A stretch of 64,000 nucleotides of DNA, taken from positions 278,330-342,329 of the forward strand of contig CAZEAY010000001.1 of the NCBI GenBank assembly GCA_964510655.1, given 5' to 3'. The notes under the pieces are model-generated. The model was given only the letters and a program-made list of their open reading frames with translations, had not been told where the DNA came from and did no database searches. Position 1 is the first letter of the stretch, and each line of letters begins with the position of its first letter. Positions 42,809-51,420 of this stretch are shown one piece after another. Both the position numbers and the translations under genes were made by a program. The stretch is from an uncultured Candidatus Saccharibacteria bacterium (GTDB lineage Bacteria; Patescibacteriota; Minisyncoccia; Phycocordibacterales; XYD1-FULL-46-19).

Positions 42809-43491
42809 ACATGGTATTTACCCGCCCTTTCACTAGAGATAGCTCCATCTTTAAGTTCAATTATCCTCTGCCCGAGTTCTGAAAATTCTGGCTCATGAGT
42901 AACCATGATAATCGTCTGACCCTCTCTGTGTAATTCTAAAAAAGTCTCCATTACCAACCGCCCACTAGCCGAATCAAGATTAGCGGTCGGTTCATCAGCA
43001 AAGAGAATATGAGGATTATGAGCTACAGCCCGAGCAATAGACACTCGCTGTTGCTGTCCGCCCGACAACTGACTGGGTAAGTTAGACAATTTGTCACCCA
43101 AACCCACTCGTTCAAGAGCCTTCCGGGCCTTAAGTCGAGCTTCTTTTTTGCTGTCACCTTGCATTAAAATTGGCAAAGCCACATTATCTAGAGCTGATAG
43201 CTCTGGCAGTAAAGCATAGTCTTGAAAGACATATCCAAGCTCTTTTAGGCGTAAGGCTGATTTTTCTTCTTCGGTCAATTGGGTCGTGGGTTTACCGTCG
43301 ATGTACACTTCACCGCTGGTTGGCTGATCAAGTAATGATAATTGATATAACAAGGTCGATTTACCAGCTCCCGAAGGTCCAATAATCACCACAAACTCAC
43401 CATCCTCCACCTTAAAATCCACCGTCTTAAGAACCGTTAATTCGAGTTCGCCTGTGCCATATTTTTTTACTAATTTTTCAGATTTAATCAT
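42805..43491 (-). CDS. ABC transporter ATP-binding protein (LolD/FtsE-like)
   Basis: Walker A GPSGAGKST. LSGGQQQRVSIAR. ILFADEPTANLD. Start at MIKSEK avoids overlap with the permease. Confidence 0.85.
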   Translation of the reverse strand: MIKSEKLVKKYGTGELELTVLKTVDFKVEDGEFVVIIGPSGAGKSTLLYQLSLLDQPTSGEVYIDGKPTTQLTEEEKSALRLKELGYVFQDYALLPELSALDNVALPILMQGDSKKEARLKARKALERVGLGDKLSNLPSQLSGGQQQRVSIARAVAHNPHILFADEPTANLDSASGRLVMETFLELHREGQTIIMVTHEPEFSELGQRIIELKDGAISSERAGKYHV

Positions 43492-43501
43492 ATTATTATT
43501 T

Positions 43502-44797
43502 TTACCGGCCCAAGATAGAATCAAGAGTATTTTTCCGGACAATCAATTTAGCCGGAATATAACCAGCCAACAAAGTCACAACTAAAAGAATAAAAACCCG
43601 AATAGTCGCTCCGGCAGCGGTCGCTACCAAGATCCCATCAGAAAAAGGAAAGTTGATAGGGTTAGCATCAAAATAAGGTTTCAAAATTCCAAAAGTTAAA
43701 AACAAACCGATAAGTGAACCACTAACGCCATAAAAAATAGCCTGAAAAACATAGGAATACTGAATCGAACGTGGGCTAATACCAATCCCCTTCATAATCC
43801 CAATATATTTTCTCTTAGTGACCGCATTGATATAGATAACAATAAAAATAGTAATTGAAGCCACCACTAAGGCAATTGAAGACAAGGCGTTACCCAACAA
43901 ACCCATAGTACTTTCAATATCTCGCAAAAACGACGGGATCGCTTCATCAGAAGTCTGGATCCGCGCTGCCGCACCCCCCATAAAGCCTTTAGTTTGAGCA
44001 ACCAAAGCTTGCGCATAAGTATAATCAGTCCGAACAGCAATTTCCTGATAATCGTTTTTATGGACCGGCAATAATCGTCTCATTTCCTCGGCCGTAATAA
44101 AAGCTTTAGTCGAAACCTCATCGATTTTGCTCTTTAGAATGCCTTTGACAATAAATTCTTTTACCACCTTATTCCCATCTTCACTAGTAATCACAACTCG
44201 AACACGACTACCAACATCAACATTTTTCAAAAAATCTAAGCCGGGAATATTAGCATCGGCATAAGTCGAATATTTTTGTAACATAGTTGCTCCAATCAAA
44301 ATACCATTCGATTCGCCAGGAGTGAGATTTTCACCCTTGATAATAAAACGGGAAAAACCAGTGGTTCGCTCCTCTTTTAAGACATCAATCCCCGCTAGAC
44401 GTAAATTAATTTGATTGGGACGCTCGTCTTTTTTAGGATTATCATTTAATGTCCCCAAGACCAGGGCTCCAATACCATAACGAGGAGCAATCGATGTCAC
44501 CTTAGGATGATTGGTAAGAAAGGATAAAAGAGCTTGAGAGTTTTCAATATAATCACGACCGGCGGCAGAAGTTACAATCATTTCTCCCGAATAACCCTCG
44601 CGATAGGCCCCAAACGAACCCGTAATCAAACCCAGAAGTAAACCGGAAACAACTACTAAATTCAAAAAAGTTAGAACCATAATAAAGACAATCAGGCCGG
44701 TTGTACCCTTACTAGATCTTTTAATTTGTTCCACCGCCAAAAACCAGCCCACTCGAACGGAAAGATAAAATTCTCTTCTCCCTTTTCTAGTCCACAT
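43502..44797 (-). CDS. ABC transporter permease, FtsX/MacB/LolE family
   Basis: 431 aa. TM1, large periplasmic domain, three C-terminal TMs. Confidence 0.8.
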   Translation of the reverse strand: MWTRKGRREFYLSVRVGWFLAVEQIKRSSKGTTGLIVFIMVLTFLNLVVVSGLLLGLITGSFGAYREGYSGEMIVTSAAGRDYIENSQALLSFLTNHPKVTSIAPRYGIGALVLGTLNDNPKKDERPNQINLRLAGIDVLKEERTTGFSRFIIKGENLTPGESNGILIGATMLQKYSTYADANIPGLDFLKNVDVGSRVRVVITSEDGNKVVKEFIVKGILKSKIDEVSTKAFITAEEMRRLLPVHKNDYQEIAVRTDYTYAQALVAQTKGFMGGAAARIQTSDEAIPSFLRDIESTMGLLGNALSSIALVVASITIFIVIYINAVTKRKYIGIMKGIGISPRSIQYSYVFQAIFYGVSGSLIGLFLTFGILKPYFDANPINFPFSDGILVATAAGATIRVFILLVVTLLAGYIPAKLIVRKNTLDSILGR

Positions 44798-45049
44798 AGA
44801 CTTTAAGAGTAACTTAAATTTGCTTAATGGTCAAAACCTAAAAAGACCTAATTTAAAACAAAAAATCAGAAAAAACAGAATTTACCTAAAATAATTTTGC
44901 ACCAAAAATAGTTTATTAAACGTATTATTAGTAATGGGTTCAACCGTTTGTTTTCTGCCTCCCAAGAGTCGATTTTATAAATTAATCTTTGAACAAAATT
45001 AGAGTTTATAGACAAGAAACAATTACCCACCCTAACTAAATCAAAAATT

Positions 45050-45739
45050 ATGAGTAAAAAATTCAATAAAAACTTAGCCCTGATTGCCCTTGTTTCCACC
45101 CTAACCCTAGGAAGCTCGGCGGCTTTAGCTGATACCAACGAAAATTATCAAAATAGACCATCCCCCTCTATGGGCTGGAAACTACCAACTGGTACCAAAA
45201 TCTTCACTGGGATAGTAAAAAGTATTAACAATGGCCAATTAACGCTTTCTCATTATGCCACCAATACTCCTGACATAATTATCAACACCTCGGCCACTAC
45301 TACTTATTTAAGTGGCACTCTATCGGATATCACGGTAGGAACACGTCTATCAGGAGTTGGGACCAAACAAGCTGATGGTAGCTTCAACGCCATATCGATC
45401 AGGTTAAACCCGGCCAACAAAACCTCCATTCAAAAAAGACAACATGCAGTTGGAGTCAGACCGTTTTTTGGCACCATTACGGGAATAAATGATAATATTA
45501 TCACCATCAATCAGGTTCATGGTAAAGCCGGAGGAACCTCTACTCCAACAACTATCAAGCTAAACACAGACACAGTCTACACCACTGGAGACAAAAGCAG
45601 TCTAGCTATTGGCACATCAATTGCCGGAATTGGGATAATTAATAGCGACAAGACTATTACCGCTCTCAAAATTAGCCCAAACAGTACAAAAGTTAACATC
45701 CTGTCACGAGGGTATAGTAAACATAGAAACAGTAGGTAA
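45050..45739 (+). CDS. Secreted beta-rich repeat protein (DUF5666-like)
   Basis: Signal peptide (ALADT cleavage region). Three T/G-rich repeats of about 60 aa (TT.Y..G.L.....G..VG.....DGS..A..I). Confidence 0.45.
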   Translation: MSKKFNKNLALIALVSTLTLGSSAALADTNENYQNRPSPSMGWKLPTGTKIFTGIVKSINNGQLTLSHYATNTPDIIINTSATTTYLSGTLSDITVGTRLSGVGTKQADGSFNAISIRLNPANKTSIQKRQHAVGVRPFFGTITGINDNIITINQVHGKAGGTSTPTTIKLNTDTVYTTGDKSSLAIGTSIAGIGIINSDKTITALKISPNSTKVNILSRGYSKHRNSR

Positions 45740-45749
45740 AGAATAAATA

Positions 45750-45782
45750 AAAAAAACACCGACGGGTCGGTGTTTTTTTTAT
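45750..45782. terminator. Bidirectional rho-independent terminator
   Basis: CACCGACGGGTCGGTG hairpin flanked by A6 and T8. Confidence 0.65.
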
Positions 45783-46118
45783 TTATTCTTTAGAGATTGT
45801 TCTCCCCCATTGCCAGCGCGGTTTTTCTCCTTTTTTATAACACACCAGAAGAAGGAAGATTGTCAAAATAAACAATACAACGAAAAAGAAACGTGGTTTT
45901 TCTCCAAACTTTAAAGAAAAAGGAATAACCAATAGCACATACACAAGAATCGTCACCCAACCCTGCCAACGCACCGGCGTCCAACCCCAACCATACAACT
46001 TCCGCTTAAACCAATAATGTTGAGGATTATCTTTCAAATATTCTCGATAATTATTTAGCCACGCCATATGGTTAAATAATACTCCCAATACAAAGAAGAA
46101 ACAATCAAGACTAGACAA
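45783..46118 (-). CDS. Small membrane protein (hypothetical)
   Basis: 111 aa. W-rich juxtamembrane motif KRKLYGWGWTPVRWQGW. Two TMs. The start may be the internal MAWLNN. Confidence 0.3.
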   Translation of the reverse strand: MSSLDCFFFVLGVLFNHMAWLNNYREYLKDNPQHYWFKRKLYGWGWTPVRWQGWVTILVYVLLVIPFSLKFGEKPRFFFVVLFILTIFLLLVCYKKGEKPRWQWGRTISKE

Positions 46119-46176
46119 TTTTGATCATTTTTTGGCAACTGATGGAAAAAAATAAATTAAGGTATACTACGAAGGT

Positions 46177-47247
46177 ATGAGAATTCTCGACGATATAAAA
46201 TTAGACTACCAAGATGTTTTACTTAGGCCAAAACGCAGCACCTTAGAATCTCGCAAAGATGTTCTTCTCGAAAGAACTTTTACTTTTTATCACTCCCCTA
46301 AGGAGTGGACTGGTCTACCTATTATGGCTGCCAACATGGCAACCTGTGGAACTTTTGAGATGGCTCGCATTTTTTCTAAATATAAAATGGTTACCGCCCT
46401 CCACAAGTATTACACCGTAAAAGATTATGAAAAATTTTTCCAAGGATTCAATAATCCAGACTATATCTGTTACACCCTGGGCATTAGAGAGCAGGATATA
46501 AAACAATTAAAATTAATGAAGAAAAAGGGGTTGTTAGAAAAATTTTCCTTCATTTGTTTAGATGTCCCTAACGGTTATCTACAAATTTTTCTTGAGGCAA
46601 TAAAGGACCTGAGAAAAATGTGCCCGAAACATATCATTATTGCTGGCAATGTGGTAACCAACGAGATGACCGAAGAAATCATCCTGGCTGGAGCTGATAT
46701 TGTTAAAATTGGCATCGGTCCTGGTGCCGTGTGTACCACCAGAAAAATGACTGGTGTTGGCTACCCACAATTATCGGCCGTCATTGAATGTGCCGATTCC
46801 GCCCACGGGATTGCTAACAAAAAAGGGGTTGGAAGAATTATCGCCGACGGTGGACAACAATACACTTCGGACATTGCCAAAGCCTTTTGTGGTGGAGCGG
46901 ATTTTAATATGTGTGGTTCCTTATTTTCTGGTTTCGAACAAAGCGACGGAGAAACAGTTATAAAAGGCGGTAAAAAATTTAAAGAATACTTTGGTTCATC
47001 TTCCAATAAAGCGATGCAGAATTATTACGGGAAAAAAGATGCTCACCGCGCCAGCGAAGGTCGTTATACCCTAATTCCACACAAAGGAGATATTCACGAC
47101 TTCCTCCAAGATTTAATGGGGGCACTGCGGAGTACCGCCACCTACATTGGAGCTCGCCAATTGAAAGAATTTCCTAAACGGGCAACTTTTCTAAAAGTTA
47201 ACCGTCAACTAACCTCGTATCTAGAAAAGTACGAGGAGACTGAGTAA
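46177..47247 (+). CDS. guaC: GMP reductase
   Basis: N-terminus MRILDDIKLDYQDVLLRPKRSTL...ANMATCGTF. GIGPGAVCTTR and GVGYPQLSAVIECAD are near-identical to GuaC motifs. 356 aa. Confidence 0.85.
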   Translation: MRILDDIKLDYQDVLLRPKRSTLESRKDVLLERTFTFYHSPKEWTGLPIMAANMATCGTFEMARIFSKYKMVTALHKYYTVKDYEKFFQGFNNPDYICYTLGIREQDIKQLKLMKKKGLLEKFSFICLDVPNGYLQIFLEAIKDLRKMCPKHIIIAGNVVTNEMTEEIILAGADIVKIGIGPGAVCTTRKMTGVGYPQLSAVIECADSAHGIANKKGVGRIIADGGQQYTSDIAKAFCGGADFNMCGSLFSGFEQSDGETVIKGGKKFKEYFGSSSNKAMQNYYGKKDAHRASEGRYTLIPHKGDIHDFLQDLMGALRSTATYIGARQLKEFPKRATFLKVNRQLTSYLEKYEETE

Positions 47248-47249
47248 AG

Positions 47250-47287
47250 AAAAAAGACCCCGCACAAACAGACGAGGTCTTTTATGG
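47250..47287. terminator. Bidirectional terminator between guaC and GC-rich cassette
   Basis: GACCCCG-CACAAACAGA-CGAGGTC hairpin with flanking A-run and T-run. Confidence 0.5.
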
Positions 47288-47299
47288 CCAAAGGCCATA

Positions 47300-47812
47300 T
47301 TAAGAAAGAATGCGATCGGCACGAGGAAATGCTTGTTGACCAGCCGCCGCTCCCGGTGAAGGATTTTCCTTCTGACTTTTCTGGAGTTCGTCGGCCGAAA
47401 GCTTCTTGATCATTTTTCCGGTACATCCACGGAGGTCAAATTCCCCCCACTTGATCGGTTTTTTGGTTTTTGGCACCAATCCCGATGGCTGAATACAGAC
47501 ATGAAAACAGCCGTTAATGTGGCGAACGAACTTAGTCGCCACCCCCTTGAAGCCGCTGGCCTCATCTTCCACAATCGAACCCAGGATCTCGAACGGAACT
47601 TCCACAATCTCGAAATCCTTGTCAGTGACCTTCAGGCGCTCAATTTCCGTGAAGATCCTCTCCAAAGGCTGATGGTCGTCGTCCAACCCTCGGGGCTGAA
47701 AAAGGTATTCCACCTTCTTGCTCTGGTCCATGATCCAATGGGTCACAGCTCCAGATAGTCCCGTAGGGATGTCCTGGCACTTTGTACCAAGTTTAAGTAC
47801 GCGCAGTTGCAT
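47300..47812 (-). CDS. GC-rich (foreign-composition) hypothetical protein, ~170 aa
   Basis: About 52% GC versus a ~38% background. Flanked by terminators on both sides. Start at MQLRVLK (ATG 47812); the ORF track's longer start is AT-rich promoter DNA. No recognised motif. Confidence 0.4.
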   Translation of the reverse strand: MQLRVLKLGTKCQDIPTGLSGAVTHWIMDQSKKVEYLFQPRGLDDDHQPLERIFTEIERLKVTDKDFEIVEVPFEILGSIVEDEASGFKGVATKFVRHINGCFHVCIQPSGLVPKTKKPIKWGEFDLRGCTGKMIKKLSADELQKSQKENPSPGAAAGQQAFPRADRILS

Positions 47813-47894
47813 GATGTAAACCCTTTCGCACCATAAAATACGGTGATTTGATTTCAAATCATCCACTAAAATAATAGTATAAATATAATAAAAA

Positions 47895-47935
47895 GTCAAG
47901 ACCTCTTTATTGCCAAGTAGGTCTTAATTTATTTT
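47895..47935. terminator. Terminator hairpin (ends minus-strand 381-aa gene)
   Basis: AAGACCT-CTTTATTGCCAAGT-AGGTCTT with T/A runs. Confidence 0.4.
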
Positions 47936-47956
47936 TAAAGAAGTAAATAAATTTAA

Positions 47957-49102
47957 TTACTGATACTGAATATATATCGGCTGAGGTCTCAGCTTAAGCA
48001 CTTCAGCTGGGGTCATCAAGCGACTCTGACCCTTCATTAAATCGTTTTTATAGAAAAGTTTAAACCCTGTAAATTGAACTGGCTTATTAGCAACAAAAGC
48101 TTGATAAGTTCCAATTTTTCTAATCGGACTCCCCCAACCATCCATATCAATAACCACTTGAACTTCAGGAAGTGGTTTAATTTCTTTATAGTTAGTCACC
48201 ATCGGACCAGTAAATCTATGGATAACCAATATTTTTGGTGGTAAATTATTATCCCTAACAATTTTTGCTAAAAAGTTGGCGGCATAGTTTATTTCGGCAG
48301 CATCTAAACTACCAATCACCGTTCCTGGCCTCGCCCCATTATGCATTACAAATTCTGGATCAATACCAAGATGAACCTGGGGTAGCTTTAAGTATGGTAC
48401 CAACAAAGGAAGCTCCGTTTGCAAATTACTCAATCCCAACTGAATATCAATAAAAACAATCGCCTTAGCCTCAGCCGCCATATCAATCACCTTATTGATT
48501 TGTTCACCAGGCATCCGGGCACGGTATTTACCATCAAAACCTGGAGCTTCTTGGGCTGTCATTGCAATATAATGCAAAGCTGGTTGAACTGGGGTCGTCG
48601 GATCAGCCGCTTCCCATCTTTTTACTTCAGTCGCCAGTTTAGCCAACATCTGGTCTTTAGGATATTGCCCCAACACCCCCATTCTAGTTGAATATAGATT
48701 TCCGTAATAAGCCACAATTCGTTTAAAAGGTAAAATTGCTCCAGCATTTGGATATGGAGTTTTTGTCGGCCACAAACGTTCGGTCGTGGTTGAAATAGGA
48801 GTCGAAGTACCATAATTAGCCAATTGGAGCATTTTACGGTCATAAGCCACCTTATCTAAAACTGGAACAATGGGGGTAGACGAAGCCATAAGCGCTTTGG
48901 AGGCGTTATTTTCTCCTTTGACATAAGCATCGGCTTGATAATATCGAGGAAGGACAAAAAACCCCAGAACAAGAAACCCGGCAAACAACAAAAACAAACC
49001 TGGATAAAAATAGGAATTTTTTTTACGAGATAAAAAATTAGCCCTAAGTGGCTGATTATTTTTTGTCCCCCTGGTGAAAGGTTTAACTTCCGAATAACGC
49101 AT
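47957..49102 (-). CDS. Membrane-anchored protein with large extracytoplasmic domain (possible TIM-barrel glycoside-hydrolase-like)
   Basis: 381 aa with an N-terminal TM. No firm motif. The weak resemblance to GHL10/DUF4015-type domains is a guess. Confidence 0.35.
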   Translation of the reverse strand: MRYSEVKPFTRGTKNNQPLRANFLSRKKNSYFYPGLFLLFAGFLVLGFFVLPRYYQADAYVKGENNASKALMASSTPIVPVLDKVAYDRKMLQLANYGTSTPISTTTERLWPTKTPYPNAGAILPFKRIVAYYGNLYSTRMGVLGQYPKDQMLAKLATEVKRWEAADPTTPVQPALHYIAMTAQEAPGFDGKYRARMPGEQINKVIDMAAEAKAIVFIDIQLGLSNLQTELPLLVPYLKLPQVHLGIDPEFVMHNGARPGTVIGSLDAAEINYAANFLAKIVRDNNLPPKILVIHRFTGPMVTNYKEIKPLPEVQVVIDMDGWGSPIRKIGTYQAFVANKPVQFTGFKLFYKNDLMKGQSRLMTPAEVLKLRPQPIYIQYQ

Positions 49103-49181
49103 ATTAAATTTATCGGTTGATTATAACACGAAACCTAATCAGAATTAACAAACCCACAAATATATCTAAAAAGTTCAAAAA

Positions 49182-49490
49182 TTACAGAACGATTCTTACT
49201 AACATAACAACCAATGTAATAATAGCAAAACTAGCCACGGTTTTCAGAAAGAAAGAAACCGCCTGTCTTTTATCTCCGCTTAAATATAGCTGTAATGGTT
49301 CGCCAATAAAAAGGTAACCCATGATTGCAGCCGATAAAACAAAAACTGAAAGAAAAATAACTGGATCAAGAAAAGTATCTGGCGTATTAGGCTTGCCAAA
49401 AAAATGCAAAACTGAGGCTAAAACAAGTATATATATCTCCGCATAAAAACTATTTATGAGGGGTTTTTTAGAAAAGTTATTCATAACCAC
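49182..49490 (-). CDS. Small membrane protein (hypothetical)
   Basis: 102 aa with three hydrophobic helices. Confidence 0.3.
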   Translation of the reverse strand: MVMNNFSKKPLINSFYAEIYILVLASVLHFFGKPNTPDTFLDPVIFLSVFVLSAAIMGYLFIGEPLQLYLSGDKRQAVSFFLKTVASFAIITLVVMLVRIVL

Positions 49491-49604
49491 ATTATAACGT
49501 ATTCTAAAATTAACAAAACCCCTATCCTTAAAACATTATTGATTGGATAACTATCAGAGTATAGACATTATTAAAAAAGAGAACATACTAAATAGTGGAT
49601 AAGG

Positions 49605-49758
49605 GAAACCTCACCGTTGTCCAAATCTTGGACAACAGTATCTCCCACTCACAGCTCCCACCAAAAATTCCCGCCTTTGCGACCCCTCCCACCTTCCTTG
49701 TCAACTAAGGGGTCTGTAATCCGGGCACGATACACATCGTGCCCGGATTTTATTTTTT
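49605..49758 (+). ncRNA. Candidate small RNA: two hairpins, pyrimidine-rich anti-SD-like loop, strong intrinsic terminator
   Basis: Hairpin CGTTGTCCAA-ATC-TTGGACAACAG. Hairpin GACCCCT[CCCACCTTCCTTGTCAACTA]AGGGGTC. 13-bp terminator stem ATCCGGGCACGAT/ATCGTGCCCGGAT followed by TTTATTTTTT. No protein-coding gene on this strand. Confidence 0.3.
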
Positions 49759-49787
49759 CCAGATACTTGTAGGTGGTTCTAGGGTAA

Positions 49788-50099
49788 TTAATTAACAGAA
49801 AATAGATACCCAAAAGTGAGAACAATCAAAAAAGGTAATAAAGAATAGAAAATAAGCATTTTATTATTCCAATTGAGGGAAAAGTAATCTCGTCTAAATT
49901 TCTTAACCACAAAGAAAGAAATTACCAAAGAGATAAAAACATTTGAGAGCAAAAACGTCAGAAAATAATCGTCCGACTGAACACTCCAATAATCTCCTAA
50001 ATATAAAGCAGCTAAACCCCCAATCAACAAAGACCCTAAGTAATAAACAAAGATGGTCCACACCAGCCATACCCAAAAAGTTAAAATATTTTTCATCAA
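49788..50099 (-). CDS. Small membrane protein (hypothetical)
   Basis: 103 aa with three TMs. Confidence 0.3.
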   Translation of the reverse strand: MMKNILTFWVWLVWTIFVYYLGSLLIGGLAALYLGDYWSVQSDDYFLTFLLSNVFISLVISFFVVKKFRRDYFSLNWNNKMLIFYSLLPFLIVLTFGYLFSVN

Positions 50100-50142
50100 T
50101 ATATCTGATCGAATAATATTTATTATAACATCGACAAAATAT

Positions 50143-50586
50143 TTATTTCTCTACAATTTTTTGCAACCTATCAATAAAGGCTCGTTTCCAAGACCACATA
50201 GAAAACCATTTTATTAGAGGCGTTCCTACAATTCTTAACAGTGGGCGATGAATTTCAATTTCATAAGTGTAAGTAATTCTCGTACCATCATCAATATCTT
50301 CCATTAAAAACTCCTCGTAACCAGAAGTACCAAATGATGACGAGTTAGCAGACTTAAATCCTATATTAGGTACAAGCTCGGTATTCATCTGCACATCAAA
50401 CACTTTTCCGAAAGATTTTACCCGTGCCTTCATTTTCTGGTGATTTCCTTGCTTTTCAATAATCCGTACTGACTCCGCAATAGTTGGAAAATGTTTTGGC
50501 ATATTTTCAAAGTCAGAAACTATTTTATAGATTTCTTCTTTAGGTGCCTTAATTACCCAAGAACCTTTTAAATGTATTCGCTTCAT
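50143..50586 (-). CDS. SRPBCC (START/Bet v1-like, polyketide cyclase-like) domain protein
   Basis: 147 aa. Pattern IKAPKEEIYKIVSDFENMPKHFP...W is typical of the Polyketide_cyc2/SRPBCC family. Confidence 0.55.
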   Translation of the reverse strand: MKRIHLKGSWVIKAPKEEIYKIVSDFENMPKHFPTIAESVRIIEKQGNHQKMKARVKSFGKVFDVQMNTELVPNIGFKSANSSSFGTSGYEEFLMEDIDDGTRITYTYEIEIHRPLLRIVGTPLIKWFSMWSWKRAFIDRLQKIVEK

Positions 50587-50791
50587 AAAAAAATTATATC
50601 AAAGGTTAGATTCCTTTCCTATAGGATTCTTTCATTACATGAACAGTACAGCTTTCCCATTTGTTCCCCTGTCGGCTCACAAATATGGGAGAAGCTTTTC
50701 GAATCCTACACGCGACCAAAGCAGTTTGGTCACTCCGCGGAGCTCAAAAAAGTAAAAGCGCCCTATTCAGGCGCTTAAACTTTTTACGAGC

Positions 50792-50863
50792 TCCGCGGGT
50801 AGGATTCGAACCTACGACCAATCGCTTAACAGGCGACCGCTCTACCACTGAGCTACCGCGGAA
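50792..50863 (-). tRNA. tRNA-Asn (anticodon GUU)
   Basis: Cloverleaf read manually. Acceptor UCCGCGG/CCGCGGA. D-loop AGUGGUA. Anticodon loop CUGUUAA. T-loop UUCGAAU. No CCA encoded. Terminator hairpin in the 3' trailer. Confidence 0.9.
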
Positions 50864-50972
50864 TATATTCTTCCTTAAAAGAACCTCTAAATACTACCAA
50901 AAAACGATGAAAATGCCAAGGCTAGCTCGTACCCCAAATCAGGAGTAGAATAAAACCAGGAGGACATTAAAG

Positions 50973-51347
50973 ATGAGAAACTTTCACCTTACCCACCATC
51001 ATCTGACTGAGATATACCTGCCTCCCAGTGTTTACAGCGCAATCGTGCCGGTCGCGTTTGCCAAAAACACAACGATCAGAGATATCACTGAAAGATTATT
51101 CCGAGGGTCTTTGCGTCGAAGCCTAGAGGTACCGAGTGTAAAGCGATTCCAGCCGATAAAGCAGGGAATCCTTATCACTCAGGCAGAAATCAGGTTATTC
51201 AAAAGACGATTGGACCTGATGAAAAAGTCCGATTTTAAATATGCCTTTGGGGTGATGATTACTCACGATTTGGTAAACAACCACACTCCAGATAAGGAAA
51301 ATTTGAGTTGGACCATCCTGGAGCTAGCCTATCGCTGGCCCCTGTAA
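50973..51347 (+). CDS. Hypothetical protein (moderately GC-enriched)
   Basis: 124 aa. His-rich N-terminus (HLTHHHL). No recognised motif. Next to the tRNA-Asn 5' side. Confidence 0.3.
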   Translation: MRNFHLTHHHLTEIYLPPSVYSAIVPVAFAKNTTIRDITERLFRGSLRRSLEVPSVKRFQPIKQGILITQAEIRLFKRRLDLMKKSDFKYAFGVMITHDLVNNHTPDKENLSWTILELAYRWPL

Positions 51348-51420
51348 TTTAGCCCCACAACAATGGGGCTTTTCTTTTTAGAAAACTGGGAAAAATCCCC
51401 TTTTTTGCTATAATGCCAGA

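Noticed and set aside
50735-50800. Possible att-site duplication of the tRNA-Asn 3' end, marking a genomic island between 47.3 and 50.8 kb.
   Set aside because: The second copy is an inverted, not direct, repeat. Both halves are palindromic restriction-site-like sequences. No integrase gene is present.
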